From Vulcanimicrobiaceae bacterium (lineage in GTDB: Bacteria > Vulcanimicrobiota > Vulcanimicrobiia > Vulcanimicrobiales > Vulcanimicrobiaceae): a DNA stretch of 11,787 nucleotides. Below the pieces are notes generated by a model. That model saw only the letters and a list, made by a program, of their open reading frames with translations. It had not been told where the DNA came from and ran no database searches. The stretch is taken from the NCBI GenBank assembly GCA_046262595.1, contig JBHEMM010000032.1, positions 1-11,787 of the forward strand, given 5' to 3'. Each line of letters opens with the position of its first letter. The first letter of the stretch is position 1. A program made the position numbers and the translations under genes. Positions 1-9,328 of the stretch are shown piece by piece.

Positions 1-194
1 GCATTACTCGCATCAGGACTAAATGAGATTGACCGCCCTTCAGAAACGGCAGCTAAAAAATCTTCTCGTGTCATTGCTCCACACCGACGATAGGCCTCAG
101 CGAGGGGCCCACGACGCATATAGGCTGCGCCGATTCACGAGGCCTTTGGAAGAGGCGCCTCAAACCCAATGCGCTTCTGGGGCTACCTGCGTCG

Positions 195-217
195 ACTGTA
201 TGCGCAACTGTATGCGC
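195..217. repeat. Tandem 11-bp direct repeat ACTGTATGCGC (195-205, 207-217), possible tyrosine-integrase arm-type sites
   Basis: Two exact copies with a 12-bp period about 50 bp beyond the tRNA 3' end. An 8/9 inverted copy (CGCATATAG) lies at 115-123. The repeat is seen directly; the function is inferred. Confidence 0.45.
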
Positions 218-222
218 GTAGG

Positions 223-260
223 AAAAGAAATAAGGCCCTGCGATGTGCAAAGCCTTATTT
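223..260 (-). terminator. Intrinsic terminator of tRNA-Asn
   Basis: Minus-strand RNA AAAUAAGGCUUUGC-ACAUC-GCAGGGCCUUAUUU forms a 14-bp stem with 2 G-U pairs, followed by CUUUU. It starts 4 nt after the tRNA CCA. Confidence 0.75.
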
Positions 261-264
261 TTCA

Positions 265-340
265 TGGCTCCGGATGCTGGACTCGAACCAGCGACCCGCT
301 GATTAACAGTCAGCTGCTCTACCAACTGAGCTAATCCGGA
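265..340 (-). tRNA. tRNA-Asn (anticodon GTT), CCA encoded
   Basis: Reverse complement TCCGGATTAGCTCAGTTGGTAGAGCAGCTGACTGTTAATCAGCGGGTCGCTGGTTCGAGTCCAGCATCCGGAGCCA is 76 nt, with acceptor stem TCCGGAT/ATCCGGA, D-arm, anticodon loop CT-GTT-AA and T-loop TTCGAGT. Confidence 0.98.
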
Positions 341-441
341 ACGTTCTTCTTCGACGGGTGCATGAGCCGGTCGAAGGGGGCCCGCGATTATTAGGCATCC
401 CGCCCCGGCCTCCTTTGCCGGGGCATTGAAGAAAGCGTAAA

Positions 442-1650
442 GTGTCCTCCGTCTTTTCGTCACCCAGCTTTCGCCGCTATTACACGGGTCAAGCGCTCAG
501 TTTGCTCGGCGATGGTCTGCGCGTGCTGGCAGTACCGCTGCTCGTCTATAAGCTGACGGGGTCGGCGCTTTCGACCGGCGTTTCTTACGTGTGCGAGATT
601 GCGCCGTTTTCGATTTTCGGCCTCATCGGCGGGTCGCTCGCGGATCGCCTGGACCGCCGGATGTTGATGATCGGCACGGACGCGGTGCGCTGCGCCATCA
701 TGACGGCGTTCGCGCTGCTCTACGCGGCACATGCGCTTACAATCCCCATGCTGTACGGCGGTCTCATTCTGATCTCGATGTGCGCCGCGGTGTTCTTGGG
801 CGGCCAGGCGTCCAGCATTCCGTTTCTGCTCGGCAAAGAGCGTGCGACGCAGGCAATCGCGGCGATCAATGCTGCGGAAAGTTCATCGAACCTGATTACG
901 CCGGCCATCGGCGGCGCGATCTTCAGCATCTTCGGGCCCTTGCCGGCGCTCGCAGTCAATGCTTTCACGTACTTGTGCTCCCAACTCGTACTCGGCAGCA
1001 TTAAAACGCTAGGGCCTGAAAAAGTGAGCGGGCTGCCCGATTTGCGAACGATCGGCAAAGACATTGCGCTGGGTTTCCGCTTCGTCTTCGGCGATCGCGG
1101 AATGCGCGCTCAAGCGTATGCGAGTTGCACGCTCAACCTCATCGGCTTCGGCGGCTTTTCGATCATCATCCCATTCTTGAAGAAAACGTTCGGTGCAAGC
1201 GATCCCCAAGTGGGCCTATTCTTCAGCATGACGGCCGTCGGAGCGGTCTGCGGCTCGCTTGCCGCCGCGCGCATCGGTTCGCGCTGGCCCATCGGGCGCA
1301 TGCTGTGCGTCGCGCTGACGCTGGATTCGCTGCTGTTCATCCCCGTCGTCCTCACGCGCAACATGTGGGTTGCGGGAACGTTCTGGGCCATCGGCAATGG
1401 CTGCGCCTACTTCGAGATCGCGCAGATCATCGGATTCCGTTTGCGCATCACGCCCGAGCCGTACGTCGGACGGGTGTTCGGCGTCGTGCGTCTCGTGGTG
1501 CTGTGCGGCATGGCGCCCGGCATTTTGGGCTTCGGCTATCTCGCGGACCACTACAATCCGCATGCCGCGATGACGGTGTCGGCGATCGCTTACGTCTTCG
1601 TCGCGCTGGGCGCCATCGCAACGCCCGCAATACGCGAAGAGCGCCGCTAA
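442..1650 (+). CDS. MFS transporter (DHA3/macrolide-efflux-like, 12 TM)
   Basis: 402 aa with about 12 hydrophobic segments, MFS motif A (GGSLADRLDRR), N-terminal FRRYYTGQALSLLGD and C-half ITPEPYVGRVFG pattern. GTG start. Confidence 0.92.
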   Translation: MSSVFSSPSFRRYYTGQALSLLGDGLRVLAVPLLVYKLTGSALSTGVSYVCEIAPFSIFGLIGGSLADRLDRRMLMIGTDAVRCAIMTAFALLYAAHALTIPMLYGGLILISMCAAVFLGGQASSIPFLLGKERATQAIAAINAAESSSNLITPAIGGAIFSIFGPLPALAVNAFTYLCSQLVLGSIKTLGPEKVSGLPDLRTIGKDIALGFRFVFGDRGMRAQAYASCTLNLIGFGGFSIIIPFLKKTFGASDPQVGLFFSMTAVGAVCGSLAAARIGSRWPIGRMLCVALTLDSLLFIPVVLTRNMWVAGTFWAIGNGCAYFEIAQIIGFRLRITPEPYVGRVFGVVRLVVLCGMAPGILGFGYLADHYNPHAAMTVSAIAYVFVALGAIATPAIREERR

Positions 1651-1663
1651 ACGCGGCGCTCTT
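1637..1663. terminator. Perfect 11-bp hairpin between convergent genes, possible bidirectional terminator
   Basis: AAGAGCGCCGC-TAAAC-GCGGCGCTCTT, with the MFS stop codon in the loop. The U-tract is weak. Confidence 0.5.
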
Positions 1664-1687
1664 GCATTTGCGGGTCGAGAGGCGTTC

Positions 1688-2281
1688 TTAGTACGGGCGT
1701 CCGGCTTGGCGGCGGACCATCAGCGGACGCGTGAGCGTCAGTTGGAAGTTCGTGCCCTGCTTCATCACGATGTTCGACTTCTTGTTGTAGCCGACCAGGA
1801 ATCCGCCCACTGCTCCGACGGCTCCGCCCAGGCCGCTGTGGAAAATCGTCTTGCCGATGATGTTGCCGGCGAGCATGCCGCCGATCGTCGTGAGCGCGAC
1901 GTGGCCGCCGTTGCGCGTTTGCTGCTGCGGCGCGCCGGTGGTCATCACGGCGTTGATCGGATAGCTCGCGCCGTTCTGCAGCGTGATGCTGTCCCACGCG
2001 AAGTGCAGTTGGGGCGTGCGGCCTTGGCCGGCCTGAACCACTTTAACGATCGTGCCGTTCACGATCGCATTTTGGAAGGTCGTGTCGTCGTTTGGATACG
2101 GTGCTATGACGCGCGCGGTGAAGTGCTGGCCCGCATACGCGTTGCCCGAGTCAACGGTGTCCTGCATCTGCACGTTGACGGCCTGACCTTGCGAAAGCGT
2201 CACGGTCTGAGCGAGCGCTGCTACAGGCAGCATGAATGCCAGGAGCATCGCCAGCGCCGGGATTCTGCTTGGATGGATCAT
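1688..2281 (-). CDS. Secreted protein with VirB10/TrbI-like beta domain and glycine-zipper hairpin
   Basis: Strong SD AAGGAG 5 nt before ATG and a Sec signal peptide (AMLLAFMLPVAALA|Q). Sequence pattern VNVQMQDTVDS..AGQHFTARV..IVNGTIVKV..LHFAWDSITL, Gly-rich TIGGMLAG..GGAVGAVGG, and C-terminal GTNFQLTLTRPL. The family is recognised by pattern only. Confidence 0.7.
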   Translation of the reverse strand: MIHPSRIPALAMLLAFMLPVAALAQTVTLSQGQAVNVQMQDTVDSGNAYAGQHFTARVIAPYPNDDTTFQNAIVNGTIVKVVQAGQGRTPQLHFAWDSITLQNGASYPINAVMTTGAPQQQTRNGGHVALTTIGGMLAGNIIGKTIFHSGLGGAVGAVGGFLVGYNKKSNIVMKQGTNFQLTLTRPLMVRRQAGRPY

Positions 2282-2341
2282 GAGTTCTCCTTTTATACCT
2301 CTACCGGGGTTGATTCGGTGCCATGGTGCCCATGGTGTCTG

Positions 2342-2369
2342 TTACGTAGAACGTTGCGCGTCTACGTAA
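2342..2369. other. 9-bp inverted repeat overlapping the metK stop codon
   Basis: TTACGTAGA (2342-2350) pairs with TCTACGTAA (2361-2369). There is no U-tract on the minus strand. Confidence 0.4.
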
Positions 2370-3582
2370 AGTTCGGCACCTTGAGCGCCTGCGTGCCGGC
2401 TGCCTTGCGAAGCGCCTCAACCTTGTCCAAGCGCTCCCACGGCAGGTCGAGATCCGGACGCCCGAAGTGCCCGTACGCGGCCGTCTGGCGGTAGATCGGG
2501 CGGCGCAAATTCAGATGCTGGATGATGGCGGCCGGGCGCAGATCGAACGTCGTTTTCACGAGCTCGGCAATCTGCTCTTCGGGAATCTTCGCCGTTCCGA
2601 ATGTCTCCACCAGAACGCTGACCGGATGCGCAACGCCGATCGCATACGCAACCTGCACCTCGCACCGATCGGCCAAACCTGCTGCAACGACGTTTTTTGC
2701 AACGTGGCGCGCTGCGTACGCTGCCGAGCGATCGACCTTCGTCGGATCTTTGCCGGAAAACGCGCCGCCGCCGTGACGCGCCATGCCGCCGTACGTGTCG
2801 GCGATAATTTTGCGTCCGGTCAGGCCCGCATCGCCCTTCGGCCCGCCGATGACGAAACGGCCCGTCGGATTGACGTAGACGCGCGTACGCTCGTCGCGCA
2901 GCGAGGCCGGAATAACGTGGTTTATCACTTTTTCGGTGATCTCGGCCCGAATCGTTTCGAGGGGAATATCCGGATCGTGCTGCGTCGAGATCACGACCGC
3001 TTCGACGCGCACCGGCATATCGTTTTCGTACTCGACCGTCACTTGCGATTTGCCGTCGGGCCGCAGATACGGAATGTCGCCGTTCTTGCGCAGCGCGCTC
3101 AAATGACGGGTGAGATTGTGCGCCAGCACGATTGGCAGCGGCATGAGCTCCTCGGTTTCGCGGCACGCGTAGCCGAACATCATGCCCTGATCGCCCGCAC
3201 CGATCGTCTCGAAGGCGTCCTCGGGGTGTTGACCTGTTTTCGCTTCGAGCGACTTGTCGACGCCCATCGCGATATCGGCCGACTGCTCGTCCACCGACAC
3301 GCTTACGCCGCACGTTTCCGCATCGAATCCGACGGCGGACTTCGTGTAGCCGATGTCGGCAATGACTTCACGAACGATGCGCGGAATATCCACGTACGTC
3401 GTCGTGCTGATCTCTCCGGCGATGTGGATCTGACCCGTGATCGCAAATGTCTCGCAGGCGACGCGTCCGTTCGGGTCGGCTGCGAGAATCGCGTCCAGCA
3501 CGGCATCGGAGATCTGATCCGCGACTTTGTCTGGATGACCTTCGGTGACCGACTCGCTGGTGAAAAGACGACGGTACGCCAT
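2362..3582 (-). CDS. metK: S-adenosylmethionine synthetase (methionine adenosyltransferase)
   Basis: Signature motifs [48 protein letters not shown] and TAAYGHFGR. Confidence 0.99.
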   Translation of the reverse strand: MAYRRLFTSESVTEGHPDKVADQISDAVLDAILAADPNGRVACETFAITGQIHIAGEISTTTYVDIPRIVREVIADIGYTKSAVGFDAETCGVSVSVDEQSADIAMGVDKSLEAKTGQHPEDAFETIGAGDQGMMFGYACRETEELMPLPIVLAHNLTRHLSALRKNGDIPYLRPDGKSQVTVEYENDMPVRVEAVVISTQHDPDIPLETIRAEITEKVINHVIPASLRDERTRVYVNPTGRFVIGGPKGDAGLTGRKIIADTYGGMARHGGGAFSGKDPTKVDRSAAYAARHVAKNVVAAGLADRCEVQVAYAIGVAHPVSVLVETFGTAKIPEEQIAELVKTTFDLRPAAIIQHLNLRRPIYRQTAAYGHFGRPDLDLPWERLDKVEALRKAAGTQALKVPNFT

Positions 3583-3586
3583 TCGC

Positions 3587-4924
<1,338 letters not shown>

Positions 4925-4973
4925 TCATATTCTGCCCGAGGTTTACCCGGCCCGCCACCAAATGTGTCGCATT

Positions 4974-5531
4974 GTGGATAGTTTGGACGGATATCTGACA
5001 AAACTCGCATCCTCCGAGCCCACGCCGGGCGGCGGAAGCGCCGCGATGGTCTGCGGGGCGCTCGCGTGTTCGCTGGTTGCGATGGTCGCGCGCATCTGTC
5101 ACGCGGAAGGACTTGCCGAAGAAGCTGACGCCCTGCGCGAGCAGATGACCGTCATGCGCGAGCAAGACGAACGGGCGTTCCAAGCCGTCGTGGACGCCAA
5201 GGGTGACGCCGATGCGGTGCAGCGGGCGCTGTTCGGCGCGGCGGCAGCGCCGCTTCAAGGCGCTGGCGCGGCGTTTGAAGCGCTCAAGTTATGCGAGCGC
5301 GCGCTCGCGCTCAACAACCGGCATCTGATCAGCGACGTCGGATGCGCCGCGGAGTTTGCGCACGCCGCCGTGACGGCATGCGCCTATAACGTGCGCGTGA
5401 ACCACCGTTACATCAAGGCAAGCCGCGAACGCGCCGATGTTGCCGCGCAGCGCACGGCGCTGGGATCGCTCGAGGCGCAGGCGCGCGCGCTGTATCAGCG
5501 CACCGCCGATGCGGTCGCGGGCGGCTTATAA
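4974..5531 (+). CDS. fchA: Cyclodeaminase/cyclohydrolase family protein (FTCD C-terminal domain; FchA-like methenyl-THF cyclohydrolase)
   Basis: Motifs YLTKLASSEPTPGGGSAA..GAL..SLVAMVARI, D..AF, NRHLISDVGCAAEFA and AYNVRVN. The start is GTG 4974 or ATG 4962; the listed 4527 start runs antisense over ahcY. Confidence 0.85.
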   Translation: MDSLDGYLTKLASSEPTPGGGSAAMVCGALACSLVAMVARICHAEGLAEEADALREQMTVMREQDERAFQAVVDAKGDADAVQRALFGAAAAPLQGAGAAFEALKLCERALALNNRHLISDVGCAAEFAHAAVTACAYNVRVNHRYIKASRERADVAAQRTALGSLEAQARALYQRTADAVAGGL

Positions 5532-5586
5532 CGACGGCGCGGTCCAAAGGCGTTCCTGACGAATTGCGCGCCCGAAGTGGCGTTGA

Positions 5587-6393
5587 TTAGCGCTCTACAG
5601 TCCTCAGAAAAGGACGGATGTCGGCTTCGTCAACCTCCATGCCGACGCCCCTGCGGTGATAACGGATGTCGTGGAAATCGGCGCCCGCAGTCATCAATAG
5701 GCCGTACTGTTTGGCGCGATCGCGAAAATATTGAATTTGCCCCGCTTCGTGCGTCGGGTAAAACACCTCGAGGCCGCGCAGCCCGCGTTCGGCAAGCGTC
5801 CCGATCATCGCGTAATCGCGCAAGCGCCCCGGGTGCGCCAGTACCGGAATACCGCCGGACTCCAAAATGACATCGATCGCCTCGTACGGCGTGATGTGCG
5901 TGGACGGCACGTAACCGGGGGTACCGCGGCGTAAGAACTTGCGGAAAGCCGTTTCAATGTCGGGCGCGATGCCCAAAGACACCAAGGCTTTACCCACGTG
6001 CGGCCGTCCCAGCGAAGCGCCTTCTTTCGCGTGCGCGTGAACGTCCTCGAGCGTCAGCTCGTGCCCCGCGCCGCGCAGCAGATCGACGATGCGCGCGATG
6101 CGCACGCGGCGCGCCGCGCGATTCGCTTCGAGCACGCGCGAGAGCGCTGAGTCACCCAAGGGCAGCCGGTAGCCCAGCACGTGCACTTCGCCGTCATCCC
6201 ACGTGGTGTTGATTTCGATGCCCGTCACGACCCGCGCGCCGCCCGTATCCAGCGGCTCGCGGTACGCGCCGAGTGTGTCGTGATCCGTAATGGAGAAGAC
6301 GCAGACGCTGCGTTCGCGCATGAACGCGCACAGCGCCGCAGGTGAAAGCGAACCGTCGCTTTCCCACGTATGGGAATGAAAGTCGACCAGCAA
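5587..6393 (-). CDS. PHP-domain phosphoesterase (YciV/TrpH-like 3',5'-nucleoside bisphosphate phosphatase family)
   Basis: Motifs DFHSHT..SDG, ITDHDT, GIEI, EVHVLGY, GRPH, LAHP, GLEV and GADFH. TTG start 5 nt after the spoVS stop. Confidence 0.93.
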   Translation of the reverse strand: MLVDFHSHTWESDGSLSPAALCAFMRERSVCVFSITDHDTLGAYREPLDTGGARVVTGIEINTTWDDGEVHVLGYRLPLGDSALSRVLEANRAARRVRIARIVDLLRGAGHELTLEDVHAHAKEGASLGRPHVGKALVSLGIAPDIETAFRKFLRRGTPGYVPSTHITPYEAIDVILESGGIPVLAHPGRLRDYAMIGTLAERGLRGLEVFYPTHEAGQIQYFRDRAKQYGLLMTAGADFHDIRYHRRGVGMEVDEADIRPFLRTVER

Positions 6394-6398
6394 GCCGC

Positions 6399-6698
6399 TT
6401 AAGTCAGGGGGCGCCGCTCGACTGCGAGCGAGATGCCGGTCCGCTCGTTACCGTTGATCTCAACGTCCATGAAGGAAGGCACGCACGCCAGGTCGATCTC
6501 TCCGCCCTTCAAATAGCTGCGGGCGATGGCCACCGCCTTGACCGCCTGATTGATCGCACCGGCGCCGACGGCTTGCAGCTCAGCCGCCGTCCGTTCGCGC
6601 AGAACGGCCGCGAGTGCGCCTGCAACGGAGTTCGGATTGCTCTTCGCCGAGACTTTGAGCACGCTGCTCGTAAGTTGCCGTACGGGATTTTCAATCAT
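6399..6698 (-). CDS. spoVS: Stage V sporulation protein S family (Alba-like nucleic-acid-binding fold)
   Basis: VLKVSAKSNPNSVAGALA..QAVGAGAINQAVKAVAIAR..CVPSF.DVEINGNERTGI. ATGA overlap with the ymdB stop. Confidence 0.96.
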   Translation of the reverse strand: MIENPVRQLTSSVLKVSAKSNPNSVAGALAAVLRERTAAELQAVGAGAINQAVKAVAIARSYLKGGEIDLACVPSFMDVEINGNERTGISLAVERRPLT

Positions 6699-7492
6699 GC
6701 TATGCCTCGTTGGAAGATGCGCTTGATCTCCGTAGCGCGGCCGGACCCTACGTCGACTGTTACGACGGCAGCGCAGAATTGTTTGCTTCCGGACTTCTGT
6801 ACCGAAAACCGCTCGGACACTCCTAAGGTGAAGCGTTCTAAAACAGCGTCCGTTTCCATCCCGATGACGCCGTCCGTCGGGCCGGTCATGCCGACATCGC
6901 TCACGTAGGCGGTGCCGCCGGGCAAAAGGTGCTCGTCCGCCGTCTGCACGTGCGTATGCGTGCCGTACACAGCCGAGACGCGTCCGTCGAGGTAGCGCCC
7001 CAGGGCGACTTTTTCGCTGGTGGCTTCGGCATGCACGTCCACGACGATGATGCTCGTGCGCTGTTCCATTTCCGCGACGGCGGCTTCCGCAACACGAAAC
7101 GGGTCGTCCACCGGCGGCATGAACGTGCGGCCCATGATATTGAGAATGCCCACGGTGGCGTCTCCAGCTTTAATGAAGTTGAAGCCGCGGCCCGGAACGC
7201 CCGGCGGATAGTTCGCCGGCCGCACGACGCGCTCGCTTTCCTCTAAGTACGTCTTGAACTCGCGCTTATCGAAGATGTGATTGCCGCTTGTAATGAAGTC
7301 GACGCCGGACTCAAACATTTCGCGCGCGGTTTGAGCGGTGAGGCCGAAACCGGCTGCCGCGTTCTCGCCGTTAGCGATGCACAGGTCGATGCCGTGCTGG
7401 TCGCGCGCCAGAGGCACGCAGCGCTTGAGCGTATCGCGTCCGGGGGAGCCGACGACGTCCCCGATGAGGAGCAGGCGCAGCGAAGTAGCTAT
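6695..7492 (-). CDS. ymdB: YmdB/TIGR00282 family metallophosphoesterase (2',3'-cyclic nucleotide phosphodiesterase); true start non-canonical (ATA 7492 or CTG 7480)
   Basis: Motifs NGENAAAGFG, TSGNHIFD, RPANYP, DVHAEATSEK, GTHTHVQTAD and DVGMTGP. The in-frame extension upstream of the listed 7417 start reads LRLLLIGDVVGSPGRDTLKRC, the family's first metal-binding motif. Confidence 0.93.
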   Translation of the reverse strand: MATSLRLLLIGDVVGSPGRDTLKRCVPLARDQHGIDLCIANGENAAAGFGLTAQTAREMFESGVDFITSGNHIFDKREFKTYLEESERVVRPANYPPGVPGRGFNFIKAGDATVGILNIMGRTFMPPVDDPFRVAEAAVAEMEQRTSIIVVDVHAEATSEKVALGRYLDGRVSAVYGTHTHVQTADEHLLPGGTAYVSDVGMTGPTDGVIGMETDAVLERFTLGVSERFSVQKSGSKQFCAAVVTVDVGSGRATEIKRIFQRGIA

Positions 7493-8037
7493 CTGCGGGC
7501 CGACGCCTTAGCTTTTTTCTGCGCTTTCAGAAAGTACACGAGCACCCGCTTCTCTTCGCGGAAGCCCACCAGACTTCTGGATTGCGCCGGATCGCGCAGC
7601 GCCTCGATGGCGGATTCGGCAAGTTCGTCCTGCAGCACGGGATCCTCATCCGGCTGCTCGTCCGGAACGGGGTTGCGCACGAGCGCCGCGCCGAAGCGTT
7701 CGCAGAACAGACCCACGAGCATCGCCAATTCGCCGTTGCTGAACGTCTCGAGATCGCGGCTGACATGAACGAAACTCATCGCACGGTCCGACTCGCACTC
7801 GACCAGCACGCTGCCCTCGTCACCGCCCAGGGCCAAGAAGCCGTCGACGTGTTCCTCGATGTCCGCCGCCAATGCGCGCTGCGCGCTTTTGTCGATCCGC
7901 TGCGAGACCGCAAATGAAAAGCGCACGCTGTTCTCGCCCGACGCCGAACGCATCGAAGCGATCTCCGGATAGCGCACGAGCAGTGCGCAGACCAGCGAAA
8001 CGGTATCGCTATTTTCGACGGGTAAACGGGCGCTCAT
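7489..8037 (-). CDS. Hypothetical acidic soluble protein, first gene of the ymdB-spoVS-PHP operon
   Basis: 182 aa with a plausible SD (GAAGG) and a stop overlapping the ymdB start. SLVCALLVRYPEI and LVGFREEKRVLVY resemble an uncharacterised protein recalled next to ymdB in Firmicutes (not verified). Confidence 0.75.
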   Translation of the reverse strand: MSARLPVENSDTVSLVCALLVRYPEIASMRSASGENSVRFSFAVSQRIDKSAQRALAADIEEHVDGFLALGGDEGSVLVECESDRAMSFVHVSRDLETFSNGELAMLVGLFCERFGAALVRNPVPDEQPDEDPVLQDELAESAIEALRDPAQSRSLVGFREEKRVLVYFLKAQKKAKASARR

Positions 8038-8165
8038 AACGGCACGGACCTTCTCTTCCGGGGGTGGGGGTCGGGTCTATTAGACGCCGCCTGAAGGGGC
8101 ACCCCTCTCCCCTTCTGCGACTTCTAACCCCCCCCGCTAGAGGGCGGGGTTGCACCAAAGGACCC

Positions 8166-8194
8166 CGGCTAGGGACGCTTTTTGTCCCTGGCCG
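8166..8194. promoter_or_regulatory. Inverted repeat CGGCTAGGGAC-N7-GTCCCTGGCCG in the divergent intergenic region (operator or RNA hairpin)
   Basis: 10/11 Watson-Crick symmetry, fully paired with one G-U on the + strand. It lies between the divergent starts at 8037 and 8272. Confidence 0.45.
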
Positions 8195-8271
8195 CGCGGA
8201 CCGGCAGCCCTCACCAGGGAAGCGGCCGGGGCGGTAAGATTCTTTCACGCTAATGCGATGAGGGGATGACT

Positions 8272-9276
8272 ATGCGCTTTGCCCGCTCCTGGGCCGCTCC
8301 TGCGGCAGTTCTGATGCTTTCCTTGCTGGCTGCGTGCGGCGGCGGCGGGGGCGGAGGCTCGGTGACGCCGCCCGGCGGCGGCAACGGCGGCGGCGCAACG
8401 CCGACGCCGCACGCGACGGCCACACCGGCTCCTGGCGCGACCGCAACACCCACGCCGGGTGCGACGGCAACGCCTACGCCGACCGCAACCGCCACGCCGA
8501 CTGCGGCCGCGACCGCAACGCCGACGCCGAGTGCGTCAACGACGCCTTCCGCGCTCAGCTGGGTCGCTGCGGGGACCGGTAACATCAATGGCTCAGACGA
8601 CCAGTTCGTCAGCAGCGAACCGCACACGGGCAACAGCAACAACGGCGAAGGCAACCTCATGCCGGGCGATCAGGGCGCCCAGCCCAACGGCGGCGGGCAA
8701 GGTCCGGTGGGGACCGGCGCGGTGGACGGCATCACGTGCGACGCCTCGATGTCGAACAACTATCATGTCCACGCGTTCGTCGGGCTCTTTGTAAACGGCA
8801 CCGAGATCGCGATCCAGGACGCGGCCGGCATGGTGAACCCGTACGGCGACTTCGGTCCATCGGCAGACACCGACGGCTATCCGAATCAAGAAATCTACGC
8901 CACGTGCTTCTACGATCTGCACACGCATGACGCAAGCGGCATGGTGCACATCGAGAGCACCAACCCAACCGGCGCGACGATCAATCAGTCGATCTACAAC
9001 GTGAACAACTTCTTCGACGTCTGGGGCGTCATGGTGAACTCCACGCAGTTCGGTAAGTTCAGCGGTCCGGTTGTCGTATACACCTCGGGCCAGCTCTCTC
9101 GCGCCGGCCAGTGCCAGGGCCAATACTGCGAGGTGGGCTCGAACAGCTACTCTCTATGGACCGGCGATCCCACGCAGATCCCGCTCTACTCGCACGAAGT
9201 GATCTGGTACGAAGTTGGGACTGGCAACCCGGACGCGGCGCATTTGCCCGGCGTTAACTTCGCCATCACCCAGTAG
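8272..9276 (+). CDS. Lipoprotein with Gly and Pro/Thr/Ala linker and a C-terminal His-motif (putative metal-binding) domain
   Basis: SD GAGGGG 6 nt before ATG 8272 and lipobox LAAC (Cys22 at 8335). Domain motifs YHVHAFVGLFVNG, CFYDLHTHDASGMVHIES and FFDVWG. Tandem stops TAG TAA. Confidence 0.85.
   Translation: MRFARSWAAPAAVLMLSLLAACGGGGGGGSVTPPGGGNGGGATPTPHATATPAPGATATPTPGATATPTPTATATPTAAATATPTPSASTTPSALSWVAAGTGNINGSDDQFVSSEPHTGNSNNGEGNLMPGDQGAQPNGGGQGPVGTGAVDGITCDASMSNNYHVHAFVGLFVNGTEIAIQDAAGMVNPYGDFGPSADTDGYPNQEIYATCFYDLHTHDASGMVHIESTNPTGATINQSIYNVNNFFDVWGVMVNSTQFGKFSGPVVVYTSGQLSRAGQCQGQYCEVGSNSYSLWTGDPTQIPLYSHEVIWYEVGTGNPDAAHLPGVNFAITQ
8395..8550 (+). repeat. Intragenic imperfect 24-bp (8-aa) repeat encoding an ATATP(T/A)Px linker
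   Basis: Encodes ATPTPH-ATATPAPG-ATATPTPG-ATATPTPT-ATATPTAA-ATATPTPS. Confidence 0.8.
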
Positions 9277-9290
9277 TAAGGCGTCTGGGC

Positions 9291-9317
9291 GGCGGAGCGC
9301 AAGAATCGCGCTCCGCC
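9291..9317 (+). terminator. GC-rich hairpin after the lipoprotein gene
   Basis: Perfect 10-bp stem GGCGGAGCGC-AAGAATC-GCGCTCCGCC. The U-tract is weak (CTTCTT about 8 nt later). Confidence 0.55.
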
Positions 9318-9328
9318 CTCCGCGCTTC

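Noticed and set aside
415..443. TTGCCG-N17-TAAAGT sigma70-like match before the MFS gene
   Set aside because: The -10 box overlaps the GTG start needed to encode the conserved first helix, so it cannot be this gene's promoter unless the start is mis-assigned.
23..463. ORFs 23..334 (+) and 71..463 (-)
   Set aside because: Both run across the tRNA-Asn gene and have no recognisable protein features.
6399..6698. spoVS as evidence of sporulation
   Set aside because: SpoVS homologues occur in non-sporulating bacteria, and no other sporulation genes are in the window.
8040..8250. 6S RNA or a known riboswitch upstream of the ymdB operon
   Set aside because: The size fits, but the fold is multi-branched rather than a long rod with a central bubble, and no consensus motifs were recognised.
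8395..8550. CRISPR-like or mobile repeat
   Set aside because: It is a degenerate in-frame 24-bp coding repeat for a Pro/Thr linker, with no spacers.
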